Assembly: GCA_965223265.1 (NCBI GenBank)
Contig: OZ244999.1
Coordinates: 1,664,001 to 1,728,000 of the forward strand
Source of the DNA: Planctomycetota bacterium
Lineage (GTDB): Bacteria; Planctomycetota; UBA8108; SXIK01
Direction: 5' to 3'
DNA: 64,000 bases
The notes under the pieces are model-generated. The model worked only from the letters and a program-made list of their open reading frames with translations. It was not told the DNA's origin and did no database searches. Below, piece by piece: positions 36,162 through 46,473 of this stretch. Each line of letters opens with the position of its first letter. The stretch's first letter is position 1. Both the position numbers and the translations under genes were made by a program.

Positions 36162-37090
36162 TTCGAGAATCTTTCCATGGGGTCGACCCGGCGTGCTTCG
36201 TCGTCTTGAGTGGAGCGCTCGGTCAGCGCGACGAAGATCTCCTCGAGACAGAGCGGAATCACCTCGACCTGCGCGACGCTCCTCAGCTCCGCAAGAAATC
36301 GTCGGTCGATCCGCGACACGGCGACGAGAAGATCGCGACCGGCACCATCCCGCCGCACCTCAAAAGGTACGGAAAAGTCGGGTGGTGGGTCTCGCTCGAA
36401 CGCGATCCGGAGTCGCACGACCGACTCCTTGAGACGGTCGAGCGATGCTTCGAAGAGGGTGCAGGGATCACGCAGGACACCGACACGGTCGACGAGCCGT
36501 TCAAGATCGGTGAGGAGGTGAGAGGCGATCAAGATCGAGGCACCGGTGTCAGCTACGTGGTCGACGAGGAGGCTCACCATCGCGTGGCGAACGACGACGT
36601 CGAGGTTTGCAGCCGGCTCGTCGAGGATCAAAAGTCGCGGTCGCGGCGCGAGCGTGAGTACTAGTCCCGCCTTTTGGCGATCGCCGCTAGAGAGAGACTC
36701 GACCGGGCCGTGCCATGACACCTCGAGTCGAGAGGCCAGTGCGCGTGCATAGTCAGAGTCCCACGTCGGGTAGCCTGGCCCGAAATAGTCGCAATGTTCA
36801 GCGAGCGAGAGGCTACTGAAAAGGCCTAAGCCATGAGCATGATAGCCGATCTGCGCGAGCGTCGCTCGATCGAGCTGGCGCGACGGGGTGCCCAGCAACT
36901 GACTCTCCCCCTGCTCGGGGATCTCAAGTCCCATGAGGACGCGGAGCAGGGTCGTCTTGCCGATACCGTTACGGCCGACAAGTCCATAAACTGCACCCGG
37001 AGGCAGCGAGAGACTGACTCCTTCGAGCACCTGAGCAGCGCCGAAACGCTTATGAAGTCCGCGCGCGCAGACGACGGGTGTTCCGTTCAT
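36155..37090 (-). CDS. ABC transporter ATP-binding protein (YtrB-like)
   Basis: Walker A GRNGIGKT, signature variant LSSGD, Walker B LLILDEP, H-loop ASH. Confidence 0.95.
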   Translation of the reverse strand: MNGTPVVCARGLHKRFGAAQVLEGVSLSLPPGAVYGLVGRNGIGKTTLLRVLMGLEIPEQGESQLLGTPSRQLDRATLAQIGYHAHGLGLFSSLSLAEHCDYFGPGYPTWDSDYARALASRLEVSWHGPVESLSSGDRQKAGLVLTLAPRPRLLILDEPAANLDVVVRHAMVSLLVDHVADTGASILIASHLLTDLERLVDRVGVLRDPCTLFEASLDRLKESVVRLRIAFERDPPPDFSVPFEVRRDGAGRDLLVAVSRIDRRFLAELRSVAQVEVIPLCLEEIFVALTERSTQDDEARRVDPMERFSKC

Positions 37091-37475
37091 CCTCGTTCCT
37101 GGGATAGCGTCTCAGAGCGGCGCCGACGATTTCTACGACGCGCTCGTGGGGCACATCGAGGCGTTTTGCTTCGATGGCGAGTCGTTCGGCGATTTGGCGC
37201 AAGAGCCGGGTCCGCTCAGCGGAGGTCAAACGTGGCACGTTGCGCGCAACGAAAGTGCCGACGCCGCGGCGTATTTCGATCGTGCCCTCTCGTTCGAGTT
37301 CACTATAGGCCTTGGAGATCGTCATCGGGTTGACTGCCAGTGTTTTCGCGAGCTCTCTCACGGATGGAATCCGCTGACCCACCGTGAGACGACCGGAGGC
37401 GACCTGAGCGCTGATTTGGTCGCACACTTGACGATAGATCGGTACTCCAGACGTTGTCTCAAGGTGAAGGATCAC
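37050..37475 (-). CDS. ytrA: GntR family regulator, YtrA subfamily
   Basis: GTG start. SGVPIYRQV, IPSVRELAKTLAVNPMTISKAYSELEREG, RRGVGTFV; short C-terminal domain; lies upstream of an ABC ATPase. Confidence 0.9.
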   Translation of the reverse strand: MILHLETTSGVPIYRQVCDQISAQVASGRLTVGQRIPSVRELAKTLAVNPMTISKAYSELEREGTIEIRRGVGTFVARNVPRLTSAERTRLLRQIAERLAIEAKRLDVPHERVVEIVGAALRRYPRNEDERNTRRLRARTS

Positions 37476-37544
37476 GGGAAGAAACTCCGCACATCGACGC
37501 GTTTCAGTGCTCTTCGAGGTAATGACCTCCAGAGTTATGAGTGG

Positions 37545-37566
37545 GTGTATTATTATACCGATACAC
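37545..37566 (-). promoter_or_regulatory. Probable YtrA operator overlapping a perfect -10 box
   Basis: Palindrome GTGTAT-N10-ATACAC about 70 bp upstream of ytrA. TATAAT reads on the minus strand at 37557-37552, inside the palindrome spacer. Confidence 0.75.
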
Positions 37567-37611
37567 TCGAAGATCAAGTGTGCTGCGCCGCAGTTTCGGG
37601 AGCCTCCCAGC

Positions 37612-39087
37612 TTACCGGCAACTCGCTCCGCACCCGGACGTGTCGGCGCGCGCACGCGCGACGCACACTCCGAGGGGCTCTGGCGCTTCAATGGACTCGC
37701 CCAAGAACAGCAGCGAGATCAGCTGAATCGCGTCACTGATTCTGAGCGCTCCTGAGTCGTTGACGTCCCCTGCTGCGCTGCAAAGCTCACTTTCGCCCCC
37801 AAAGAGGAACCTCAGGATCGCGATCGCATCGGACACGTTCACGCTGCCGCTCAAGTTGGCGTCGCCGGCGACGAAGGAGAACGGTGGCCGCCGTTCGTCA
37901 CTTTTGACGATTTCGAAGCGATCGATGGTTTGTCCGTCTCGGTCGATGGCTTCAACGAGCAGTGTCTGCGCGTCCACGGTCAACGTCACGAGATGATGCA
38001 CGGCGTGTGCAGCCACAAATAGCGGCTGGTCAGCGCCGTCTGCGTTTTTTTCGCTCAGCGCCGCACCGCCGCCACCGGTCACGACATACACGATACCCTC
38101 GGGGCGCACGTAGCGTGGTTCCAAGTAGACATCGCGGACACGATGGTCGCGCAGCGGATAGCTGCGCTCGTAGAGGTGCTCGTGCCCTGAGAGCACCAGA
38201 TCGACCTTTGCGCCCTCGAGTATCGGCACGATCTCTCGCTTCACCCACTCCTCACCACCGTGAGTACCGACGCTATAGGGCGGGTGGTGGAAGTACACGA
38301 TCTTCCAGGTCCGCGTCGTGGAGATCAGGTCGCGCTGCAGCCATTCTCGAACTTGCGGTGTGAGCTCGCGCGCGACTGAGTTGAGCGCTACGAGATGCGC
38401 ATCGCCGGCGTCGAAAGAATAGTTGAGCTCGTTTCCATTGCCGTCGAAGTCACTTCGAGGCAGTCGTAGCATGTCCTCGAAGAACTGTGCATTGCTGAAG
38501 GCGCCGTCGTGGTTCCCCAAAACTGGAAAGACTGCGATCGAGGCGAGGACGTCCCCGTAGACATCGAAGAAGTTGTGTTGGTAGGAAACCGGGTGACCGG
38601 CCGGGTAGGCCAGGTCGCCGGTGTGCAGAAGCAGCTGCGGGTCAACCGTGCGCAGAATCTCAGCGACCGCGTCTTGGTCGGCGCCGTTTCCCGGGGGCGC
38701 ACGGTGGCCCGAGTCGCCGAGCGCGGCGATGCGAACGGAGGCTCCTGGCGGCGGCAGAGTGCGGAATTGCGCGCTCCACTTCGTTTCGCCGGCGTGGTCA
38801 ACCTCGTAGTCGTACACCGTGTCTGCCTCGAGATTGTCGAGGCGAAAGACGTGATCGTGCGCTGAAACTTCGTCCACGAGCCGCGTCTGTTGGTCTCCGG
38901 GGATGCCGTAGCGTATCGATGCCCTGAGTGGAGATGCACTTTGGCTAACTACGAGCACCGAGCGTGTGGTGAGCTGCTGCAAGAACGGCGCGCGGTCGAA
39001 GTAGAGCTCTTGCGCGGCTACCTGGGGTGGCACGCCCCCGAGGCTGGCGAGAACGATCACGGTGGCCGGTGCGAGTTCAGATTGCAT
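37612..39087 (-). CDS. Metallophosphoesterase (purple acid phosphatase-like) with a C-terminal dockerin-like duplicated Ca-binding domain
   Basis: LGDSG, HTGDLAY, GNHD, FHHPPY, GHEHLYER. C-terminus GDANLSGSVNVSDAIAILRFLFGG...C...GDVNDSGALRISDAIQLISLLFLG. Confidence 0.9.
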   Translation of the reverse strand: MQSELAPATVIVLASLGGVPPQVAAQELYFDRAPFLQQLTTRSVLVVSQSASPLRASIRYGIPGDQQTRLVDEVSAHDHVFRLDNLEADTVYDYEVDHAGETKWSAQFRTLPPPGASVRIAALGDSGHRAPPGNGADQDAVAEILRTVDPQLLLHTGDLAYPAGHPVSYQHNFFDVYGDVLASIAVFPVLGNHDGAFSNAQFFEDMLRLPRSDFDGNGNELNYSFDAGDAHLVALNSVARELTPQVREWLQRDLISTTRTWKIVYFHHPPYSVGTHGGEEWVKREIVPILEGAKVDLVLSGHEHLYERSYPLRDHRVRDVYLEPRYVRPEGIVYVVTGGGGAALSEKNADGADQPLFVAAHAVHHLVTLTVDAQTLLVEAIDRDGQTIDRFEIVKSDERRPPFSFVAGDANLSGSVNVSDAIAILRFLFGGESELCSAAGDVNDSGALRISDAIQLISLLFLGESIEAPEPLGVCVARARADTSGCGASCR

Positions 39088-39296
39088 AGCGGGCGGCCCC
39101 CACCTGCACAGAGCCGACGAACGGAACACTTGAGTTTCCCTCGACTCTCCATACTAAGCCCTGATTGGAGAATCGACGCTAGAAACTCCGAGTCTCATTG
39201 GCAGCGCTGCGCCAGGAGGAGACGGTCGACGCACGGAGCCTATCCAAGTGCGTTTGTTCGGCCCCACCAAGGCATCCCGGAGAGCTGCGGAGGTCT

Positions 39297-40220
39297 CTAA
39301 GGCTCCTCGACGAGCGTCACGCTTGTGGTCTGGTTCTGTTCGACAGCTAACTCGGTCTCAGCACCGCCGAGTGAACGACTGAAAATCGAAAAGGCAAACG
39401 CGGTCTCATAGCGTCGGACCAGCCTCCTCTGCCGGTCCCACACGATCCTTCCCTCGAGTTTTTTCTTTTGGAATCGCGGTGGTGCTTCCGTGTTCACTTT
39501 CGCCGTCTCGAATGTTCCGCTGCCCGTGAACACGATCGTCGCTTCTTTCTCGGTGGCCTTCTCAAGTTTCATCGTGATCTTCACGACCAAGTCAACCCCG
39601 GGGCCGTACTTGGTCCTCTCTTCGACCATCCACGTGTCTCCTACCTTCGCCGAAGCACGATGGCCAGCCGGAGCAAAAAACTTTGAGAGGGTACGCTTGA
39701 AGACATCGTCGTCGCGAACGTTGAGCAGTGGTGCTGCGGGCGCCTTCTTGAGGGCTTCGTTCCCGGACAGCTCTTTGACGCTGCCGTCGAGTCCATAGCT
39801 GATGTTGATCGACTTGCCCACGAAGGTCTCAAGCAATCGGCCGATGGAAGTGTCCTGGCCCTCGATCTCCTCGATGCGCGTATCGAAGGCTCCCTTTTGA
39901 GTGCCTCGTTCCTGTTCCAAGGAGGCGTTTTCGTAGGTCAGGCGCACAGCCGCTGTGTCGCCGGCCAGCGAGCGAATGTCGAAACGATAATCGACGAGGC
40001 TGCGGCTTTTAGATTCCTTGGCTGCTACGTTGGCCGTTGTCGTTTGCTCCACGCTGACGTAGATCGTACGGCCGGCGACGAACCCCGGCCGCAGGTCAAT
40101 GGTGTCATCAGCGGCCGCGACCGCCGAGAGGCCGGAGACGAGGGCGAGGCCGAGGATGCCGAGGTAGAGGTGCGGTGACAGGCGAACTCGAATTGAGACC
40201 ATGGGACGTGGGTGTTTCAT
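39297..40220 (-). CDS. Exported beta-rich hypothetical protein (DUF6263-like)
   Basis: Signal peptide; KVGDTW and GRIVWD motifs. Family assignment tentative. Confidence 0.6.
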   Translation of the reverse strand: MKHPRPMVSIRVRLSPHLYLGILGLALVSGLSAVAAADDTIDLRPGFVAGRTIYVSVEQTTTANVAAKESKSRSLVDYRFDIRSLAGDTAAVRLTYENASLEQERGTQKGAFDTRIEEIEGQDTSIGRLLETFVGKSINISYGLDGSVKELSGNEALKKAPAAPLLNVRDDDVFKRTLSKFFAPAGHRASAKVGDTWMVEERTKYGPGVDLVVKITMKLEKATEKEATIVFTGSGTFETAKVNTEAPPRFQKKKLEGRIVWDRQRRLVRRYETAFAFSIFSRSLGGAETELAVEQNQTTSVTLVEEP

Positions 40221-40431
40221 GTCTTCGGGGAGGAAAGGCTGAGTGACGATCGGGACACGAAGGCTACAAGGCAGCGGTCAAGGTACCGGTTGCGCGCAGG
40301 TAACGGCAGAGAAAACTGTGATCCGGCAAGGATTCGGTTCATTGGGAGCAGTGCGCACCGCAGCGCCCCCTTCAGTCGGTTCGTGCCCCAACGCCAGAAG
40401 AAAATGGCGAGCAAATCGGTCAAAACGTGCG

Positions 40432-41820
40432 TCACGACAATAGAGTCCGCATTCCACGCGTCATGATGTCGTCGACTTCCGGTTCGCAAAATGCCACGCT
40501 CACCTCATAACCTCCACTCGGGTACTCCTCTTTGATTGGCAAATACCAAGGGCCACCGTCGCCGTAGCCAGCGGTGGCCACGAAACGCGACTGGCCGATC
40601 TTCTGGGCGCGCAGCTGGTACTGCACGAACGGCTCAGCCGGCAGATGAAGAAGAGAGATATCGTTGACCTGTAGCGAGCTGAGAACGATCGGAATCTTGC
40701 GCTCGAGACGGCGGATCCACGACACCATGTACGATGGTCGGTTACGACCGACGACACGGTTCTCTTTGTTTCGAATTTGGCTCAGAAGCTTTTCGGCGGA
40801 GAGGTTCGACCTCACCGGCGGGAGCATGTCGACCGTCTTCCAAGTGAGCGTGTCGACCGGCTCCGGGCGAAGCCCAGATTCCGCGCGCACGATGCCATCG
40901 TAGATGCGCTGTGTGAGAACTGGCCGCATCGCCTTCGAGCCGTCGTTGTATTTGCCAGCGGCGATGTTGCCGGCACAGCCGGTGAAGTACAGGTGCGTGC
41001 ACTTCGGTTCGTCGAGCTGTCGCTTCTTGCGTGCCAAGCCGGCGAAGTCGCTGCTGACCCTTCCGTCACCGTAGTAGCTCATCGGGTGCGTCGCGTAGTA
41101 GTGACAGGCGGCGATCTTCGTGTCTCGATCGTAGAATGCGACTGTTTTGAGCCATGGGTCGATCGTTCCCACCGGCAGCGCGCGCAGTGCTGCATCGTCG
41201 CATTTGCTACCGCGCGACTTGAGGATGCGTCCCTTCTCATCGCGATGAATCCGCCGGTTCGACGCGACTTTCTCGACCTCCGCTTGTCCATGCGCGACAT
41301 GGGTGACTTGTCGGGCTCTCTCTTTGGCCCCTTTGAGCGCGGCACGGGCGCGCTCCAAACAGCGCCGAAAAAAGTCAACATCGACGACGTGGGGGAGGTC
41401 ACCTTCAGCCGCGACGATGCGGGTTGCTTCAAGGCAAGCCATCGGCGCGTTGTGTTGGTGTACGCAGTGGACCGCAACGCGCTCCGGAGTTGTACCGGCA
41501 GCCTCGGCCAGCGCCGTGCGCCACTCAACGTGAGCCTCGTTCAGAATTCCTGTCCAGTCGACCGTGCAAAGAACGATAGGTTTCTCGAGTCCGTAGAGAA
41601 CGAAGCCGACCGCTTCGAGCGGATCATCAACGGCTTCGACTGGGGTAATCCAACCACCGCAGCAGGCGTGCCCTTTCGGTGGTGTGGCGTCAAAGCGAAA
41701 AGGTGCGAGATGCAGCTCGCGGCGAGTCGTTTCACTAGCGAGCGAGAGCGCGGACAGGGACCAGCTACCAGCCGTTGCTGCCGCGACGGTTTTCTTCAGG
41801 AAACTGCGCCGTGTTTGCAT
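40432..41820 (-). CDS. Tat-exported protein with a neutral ceramidase-like N-terminal metallohydrolase fold
   Basis: TRRSFLK; DATPP, HCVHQHNAP, YATHPMS, GCAGNI, LPAEPFV, GYGDG. Confidence 0.7.
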   Translation of the reverse strand: MQTRRSFLKKTVAAATAGSWSLSALSLASETTRRELHLAPFRFDATPPKGHACCGGWITPVEAVDDPLEAVGFVLYGLEKPIVLCTVDWTGILNEAHVEWRTALAEAAGTTPERVAVHCVHQHNAPMACLEATRIVAAEGDLPHVVDVDFFRRCLERARAALKGAKERARQVTHVAHGQAEVEKVASNRRIHRDEKGRILKSRGSKCDDAALRALPVGTIDPWLKTVAFYDRDTKIAACHYYATHPMSYYGDGRVSSDFAGLARKKRQLDEPKCTHLYFTGCAGNIAAGKYNDGSKAMRPVLTQRIYDGIVRAESGLRPEPVDTLTWKTVDMLPPVRSNLSAEKLLSQIRNKENRVVGRNRPSYMVSWIRRLERKIPIVLSSLQVNDISLLHLPAEPFVQYQLRAQKIGQSRFVATAGYGDGGPWYLPIKEEYPSGGYEVSVAFCEPEVDDIMTRGMRTLLS

Positions 41821-41947
41821 GCTTGCTCCGTCTGTTGACCTCGAGTAGTTCGCGGCTCTGCGCAACCGATCAAGATTAGCGTGCTCGAGCGCGCTGAAGA
41901 ACTCGAGAGAAATCCCGGCCGACGGTCGAGCGCTCCAAAAAAATGCG

Positions 41948-43639
41948 CTACTTGGAGCCCTGGCCGTGCGGCGGCTCCGCCAATCGTTTTTGCCGCACCG
42001 GCGCCGCCTCTCTCTCTTGCTGGGCGTGACGTAACACTTGGCCCTGGCCGACTAGTATTTGCTGGAGCCGCTGGATCGGCACGCGACGCGGCGGGACTTC
42101 GTTCTCGATTGCTAAATGCGCCGCTGTCCCCGCCGCTTGCCCGAGCGCCATCCATGTCGGCTCCATGCGGATCGACGAGAACCCGACATGCGTCGTCGAC
42201 GCTGCGACTGGGACAATCAAACCGTCGACGTGCTTCGGGATCATGATGCGGTAGGGGATCTCGTAAGGGCGCGTGATGTGATCGAGCATGCCGAGGTATC
42301 CCTCGAGCACGATCGTGTCGCCTGATTGCTTCTTGCGGCACGGGAAGCTGTCGATGGGGAACTCCCCGACTGCGACGCTGTCCGCGTGACGACGGGGGAG
42401 GCGATCTGCCGCGGTTCCATCGCCTGTGATGTCATGTTCGGTCAACGTGTACTCGCCGACCAGCCGACGCGCCTCACGGACGTAGAGCTGGAATGGAAAA
42501 TGGTCGTTGTCGACGAACTCATCTTTGGGGAGATGGAGCTCGCGCGCTAGCTCGCGGTGAGCCTCCGGGACCTTCGCGTCATTTTGCAGGAACCAAAGGA
42601 GGCCAAGCGTCAGCTCGCGGTGACGGCGGCGAATTCTTTGGCGGGTCGCGTCGTCACCTTCGACGTAGCCGCGATTCTCTTCGGGAAACGGGAAGCCGAG
42701 TGGTCGTGGGTTGATGTTGACGTCCGTTTTTCGATTCGGGATGTAGGTCACCGAAAGCGCGCGCACGAGGGTGTCGAAATGTGCTGGGTTGTAACCCCGG
42801 CCCGGCTTGAACACCTTCGGTCCAGCTAAACGGCCGGCGCGTAAGTCATCGAAGTAGCCGGTGTAGCGACGGCGGTCGTATCCGGGAGGTGCCTGCGTCA
42901 ACGGACGAGCGTTCTTTGGGTCGGTCGTCAGGCAGAGCCGGTATGTGTAGGCTGGGAGGTGTGAGTCGGCGGCCCCGGTGGTCCCGGGAAGAAACTTCTT
43001 CGCTTGGTAATCGAAGTAGATGACTCCGGCGTGCGGCTCGCCGAACTCTTCACGAGACTCGCGTCCGAGTCGGTATTCGGCGCCGGCGGCGGCGTAGAGG
43101 TCGCCCTCATAGGTCGCATCGATAAAAACGGCAGCTCGTAGGGAGCGTCGTTCGCCACTGCGTCGATCAACGATTTCCACTGCCTCCACCCGATCGCGTG
43201 AAACGTGGGCTTTGTCGAGCCGAAAGCCTTTCAAGACGGAGATGCGCGACTCAGCATGCAGCATCTCTTCGAAGACCGCCTCAGCAACCGAGGGCTCAAA
43301 GTAGTAACCGTCGCGACACAGCCGCACGTTTTCATGGTCGGCTCCGTACGTCTCGACGTAGTGTTTGCGAACGTTCGCGATCAACTCGACGAAAAGACCG
43401 CGGATCATAGCGCGGTTCTCGACGTCGCTTTTTCCGAGGCCGCTCGTCATCATGCCGCCGATGTGGTCATGGTATTCCACAACCGTGACGCGGCGACCGA
43501 GTCGGGCGGCGGCTAGGGCCGCGGCTAGCCCCCCAGGCGTGCCGCCGACGACGACGATTTGGTTCGCTTTGATCGGTGTGATGCACCCGAAGGGGATCCA
43601 CAGAAGGCATACAGAGAGGACGGTGGCGCAGGTTTTCAT
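41948..43639 (-). CDS. Exported FAD-dependent oxidoreductase
   Basis: VVVGGTPGGLAAA, GGMMTSGLG, FIDATYEGDL, YVREARRLVG, IPYR, RMEP. Confidence 0.88.
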   Translation of the reverse strand: MKTCATVLSVCLLWIPFGCITPIKANQIVVVGGTPGGLAAALAAARLGRRVTVVEYHDHIGGMMTSGLGKSDVENRAMIRGLFVELIANVRKHYVETYGADHENVRLCRDGYYFEPSVAEAVFEEMLHAESRISVLKGFRLDKAHVSRDRVEAVEIVDRRSGERRSLRAAVFIDATYEGDLYAAAGAEYRLGRESREEFGEPHAGVIYFDYQAKKFLPGTTGAADSHLPAYTYRLCLTTDPKNARPLTQAPPGYDRRRYTGYFDDLRAGRLAGPKVFKPGRGYNPAHFDTLVRALSVTYIPNRKTDVNINPRPLGFPFPEENRGYVEGDDATRQRIRRRHRELTLGLLWFLQNDAKVPEAHRELARELHLPKDEFVDNDHFPFQLYVREARRLVGEYTLTEHDITGDGTAADRLPRRHADSVAVGEFPIDSFPCRKKQSGDTIVLEGYLGMLDHITRPYEIPYRIMIPKHVDGLIVPVAASTTHVGFSSIRMEPTWMALGQAAGTAAHLAIENEVPPRRVPIQRLQQILVGQGQVLRHAQQEREAAPVRQKRLAEPPHGQGSK

Positions 43640-43689
43640 AACGTCGATGGGTTTTGTAAGCTCGAGTTTGGGGGTGAGGAGCCCGTCAG

Positions 43690-46473
43690 TTATTTCCTTG
43701 GCGGGGTGCTGCGTCCGGGCTCTGCAGCCGTCGTGCGGAGTTTCCAGAAGACGCCTCGAACCGCGAAGCCTTCGACGCAGTAGGTCGTCAGGAAGCGATT
43801 GCGCTGGCGCAGCTCAATCGTCGGCGAGATAAACGAGTGCGACGGCGCGAGAGTGAACTTCGTCGATCGTGACATGAGCGGCGTGCCCACCTTGGTTCCA
43901 TCGACCCAGTGCCGCGCGCCGTCGAGGCTGATCCGCGCCAGAACCCGGGAATCTCCGGCGCCAGCATTGTGGGTCAGGACGACCACGTCACGCTTCGTCC
44001 ACAGGATCGAGCCGCGGTGGCCATACCAGTCGGTCATGCCACCTGGCAGGAGACGGAATGTGCGGCCGCCATCCACCGACTCAAAGAGCGCCGCTTGCTT
44101 GTAGGTCGGGCTTGGGTTTCCCGTCCGCCACATCATTTCAGCTGCGTCTTCTCCGGGGCCAACGCCGCGCTGGATGCGGGCGCACTCGATGAGGCGGTTC
44201 GCATTGTGCGGATCGAGCGCGAGCGTCGATTCATGTGGGTTGAGCTTCGTGTAGACACGAGTTGGGTCTCCCCATGTTTCGCCGTCGTCCGTCGAACGAA
44301 AAACTACATCGCCGAACGTGTCGGCCGTGGTGCCACCGTAGAGGTAGTTCGGGGCTGTTGGCGGCGTGGTGGGAGCGTGTTTCTTCACGTAGTCTTCGGC
44401 CGGAACGATCGTCGTCGCGAACATGAGCGCACCACCGGGCTGCTCGACGAAGGTGCGTCCGCCGTCCTCGTGGAACTTCATGTTGGGGATCCCGGGTGCG
44501 AAGCGGCGAAAGTCAGTATGGGACCTCGTCCAGGTGCGACCGCGGTCGTCTGAGTACGAGACGTACAGATCTTGTCCGTAGAGGCGGGCGTCGCTCGGGT
44601 CATGTCCAGGCGTCTGGTGCACGAGCAGGAGTCGGCCGCGACGCGTCACGCCGAGTCCGACGAGGGTCTGCTGTGGCACGCCGTCAAGCTGCACCGGAAC
44701 CGGCGTCCAGGTCTCGCCATCGTCCGTACTTTCGTAGAGTGGACCCGTTTGGGTGTTGAGGTAAATAGCGCCGCTCGGATGGCGCACGAGACTCATCATG
44801 GCGCGACGCAATACCCCGCCGGGAACGATCTCGACGCGTTTCTCAATCTCAACCTCAGCTTGATGCGTGCCGCCGCCCGCGGGAAAAGAGAACGAGTAGA
44901 GCTGGGCGCTTCGGAGGTAGAACTTCAGCTTGACGGCGTGCGCTTCCAAGCGCGAAACGTCTGCCGAACCTTTCCACGACACGACGTGGCGCAGAGCGTC
45001 TCCGGTGAAGGGGTCGCAGTCCTTCTTAGTGAATCCCGCAATTGGTTGCCCCGCCGCGTCGAGCGCTTCAACGAGCACGTGCCCGAACTCCGCCGTCGTC
45101 GCGTTGATCCTGAGCCTCTCGCCGGCGAACTCTATCAGTCGGGTTGTCAGAGAGCCTTCGGTCTCGCCTCCGTCGATTGAGACAAACCCATCGAGGCGCA
45201 GCTTCGCGAGTCCGATGCCGTTCGGAAAGCCATCTAGCCCAGGGGGCGGCTTGTGGTTGTGGTCGACGCCGTAGCCGTTGTAATAGATCCAGATCTCGTC
45301 GTTGTGCTCGACCGGACCCTGCAGCGGATAGATGCCTCCCCAGTCGAAGTCGCCGGCACGTGACGACAGCGGCAGAAACGTCTGGCGCTGGCCGACGCGC
45401 TGCCACGTCCTCCCATCGCGGCTACAGACCAGCTGCACAGCGCCGCGGCAGAAATCGGGGTCGTAGCTAAAGACCGTTGTCAGCCCGAGACGAACGCCCT
45501 CGTAGGGGAACACCTCCAAGTTGTAGAACTGATCGCGGTTGAGCGGGTCGTGCGCGTCGGGGCCGACGATGACGCGGTAGTTCGTCCAGTGAACGAAGTC
45601 CGTGCTTTCGATCTGCGCGACGCGACGAATCGAATGGTTTTCAGGCGCGCGGTTCTTCTCCGGGTCCCAGAGTCGACGCCAACTCTCTCGAGCGGCGCTG
45701 TTGCTGACGAGCTCCGGTCGGACGTCACGGATGCGACCGGTGCGGTCGCGGATGATCGCGACGTACTTCGCGAGCTTCTCATCCCAATAAGCCACCATCT
45801 GGCTGTCGTGTCCGGGCGGCGTGAAGAAGACGGGCTCGCCACCCTTGTATGCCGTCCAGCGAATGCCATCGGCTGAGTACGAAGCGTAGACTTTGTAGTC
45901 GCGCCACATGTGCACCATCTTGAAGCGTTTTGCAGGGTCGCTTTCGCGGCGATCCTCAAAGACTCCGCTCGCCAGGCCACTGTGCGGCATGACGATGTTG
46001 TTCTTCTTCGAATCGCGATATTCGAACAGGCCGAGCGCCGGTTTGAACCAGCGCAGGCCGTCGCGGCTAGTCGCAAAACAGAGCACCGAGTTTGCATCGC
46101 CTCCCGAGCCAGCATGGAGGCTATACCACATCTTGAAGATCTGTTCGCGCTCGTCGTAGAGAACGCTCGAAAATGACAACGGCATGCCGGCATCCCAACG
46201 GTTCAGCTCCGCCGGTGATCGTTCGACAAGCGGGTTGCTTGGGTGCTTCGTCGGCTCATGGAGGGTCACGGTCGTGCCGTCCATGGCTTCCACCAGAAAG
46301 TCGTCGACGAAGAGCTGTCGTTCGCTCCCGATGGAAAGTGGCTGCGGCGCCGCAGCGTTCGGCTCTCGCGTGCTTGCAGTCGCGCTCTTGGCGGCACGGT
46401 CGAACGACAGGGCCACGTTCGTGTAAGCGATGCAGAGTGTGATGACTATGCACGGATTTCGCGTGTTCTTCAT
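43690..46473 (-). CDS. Exported two-module glycosidase-like protein: five-bladed propeller (GH32/43-like) plus a BNR/sialidase-like domain
   Basis: RQLFVDD, SRDGLRW, SADGIRW, STDFVHW, LRLDGFVS in the N-terminal half. Asp boxes STDDGETW (x2), SDDRGRTW and SVDGGRTF in the C-terminal half. Confidence 0.8.
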   Translation of the reverse strand: MKNTRNPCIVITLCIAYTNVALSFDRAAKSATASTREPNAAAPQPLSIGSERQLFVDDFLVEAMDGTTVTLHEPTKHPSNPLVERSPAELNRWDAGMPLSFSSVLYDEREQIFKMWYSLHAGSGGDANSVLCFATSRDGLRWFKPALGLFEYRDSKKNNIVMPHSGLASGVFEDRRESDPAKRFKMVHMWRDYKVYASYSADGIRWTAYKGGEPVFFTPPGHDSQMVAYWDEKLAKYVAIIRDRTGRIRDVRPELVSNSAARESWRRLWDPEKNRAPENHSIRRVAQIESTDFVHWTNYRVIVGPDAHDPLNRDQFYNLEVFPYEGVRLGLTTVFSYDPDFCRGAVQLVCSRDGRTWQRVGQRQTFLPLSSRAGDFDWGGIYPLQGPVEHNDEIWIYYNGYGVDHNHKPPPGLDGFPNGIGLAKLRLDGFVSIDGGETEGSLTTRLIEFAGERLRINATTAEFGHVLVEALDAAGQPIAGFTKKDCDPFTGDALRHVVSWKGSADVSRLEAHAVKLKFYLRSAQLYSFSFPAGGGTHQAEVEIEKRVEIVPGGVLRRAMMSLVRHPSGAIYLNTQTGPLYESTDDGETWTPVPVQLDGVPQQTLVGLGVTRRGRLLLVHQTPGHDPSDARLYGQDLYVSYSDDRGRTWTRSHTDFRRFAPGIPNMKFHEDGGRTFVEQPGGALMFATTIVPAEDYVKKHAPTTPPTAPNYLYGGTTADTFGDVVFRSTDDGETWGDPTRVYTKLNPHESTLALDPHNANRLIECARIQRGVGPGEDAAEMMWRTGNPSPTYKQAALFESVDGGRTFRLLPGGMTDWYGHRGSILWTKRDVVVLTHNAGAGDSRVLARISLDGARHWVDGTKVGTPLMSRSTKFTLAPSHSFISPTIELRQRNRFLTTYCVEGFAVRGVFWKLRTTAAEPGRSTPPRK

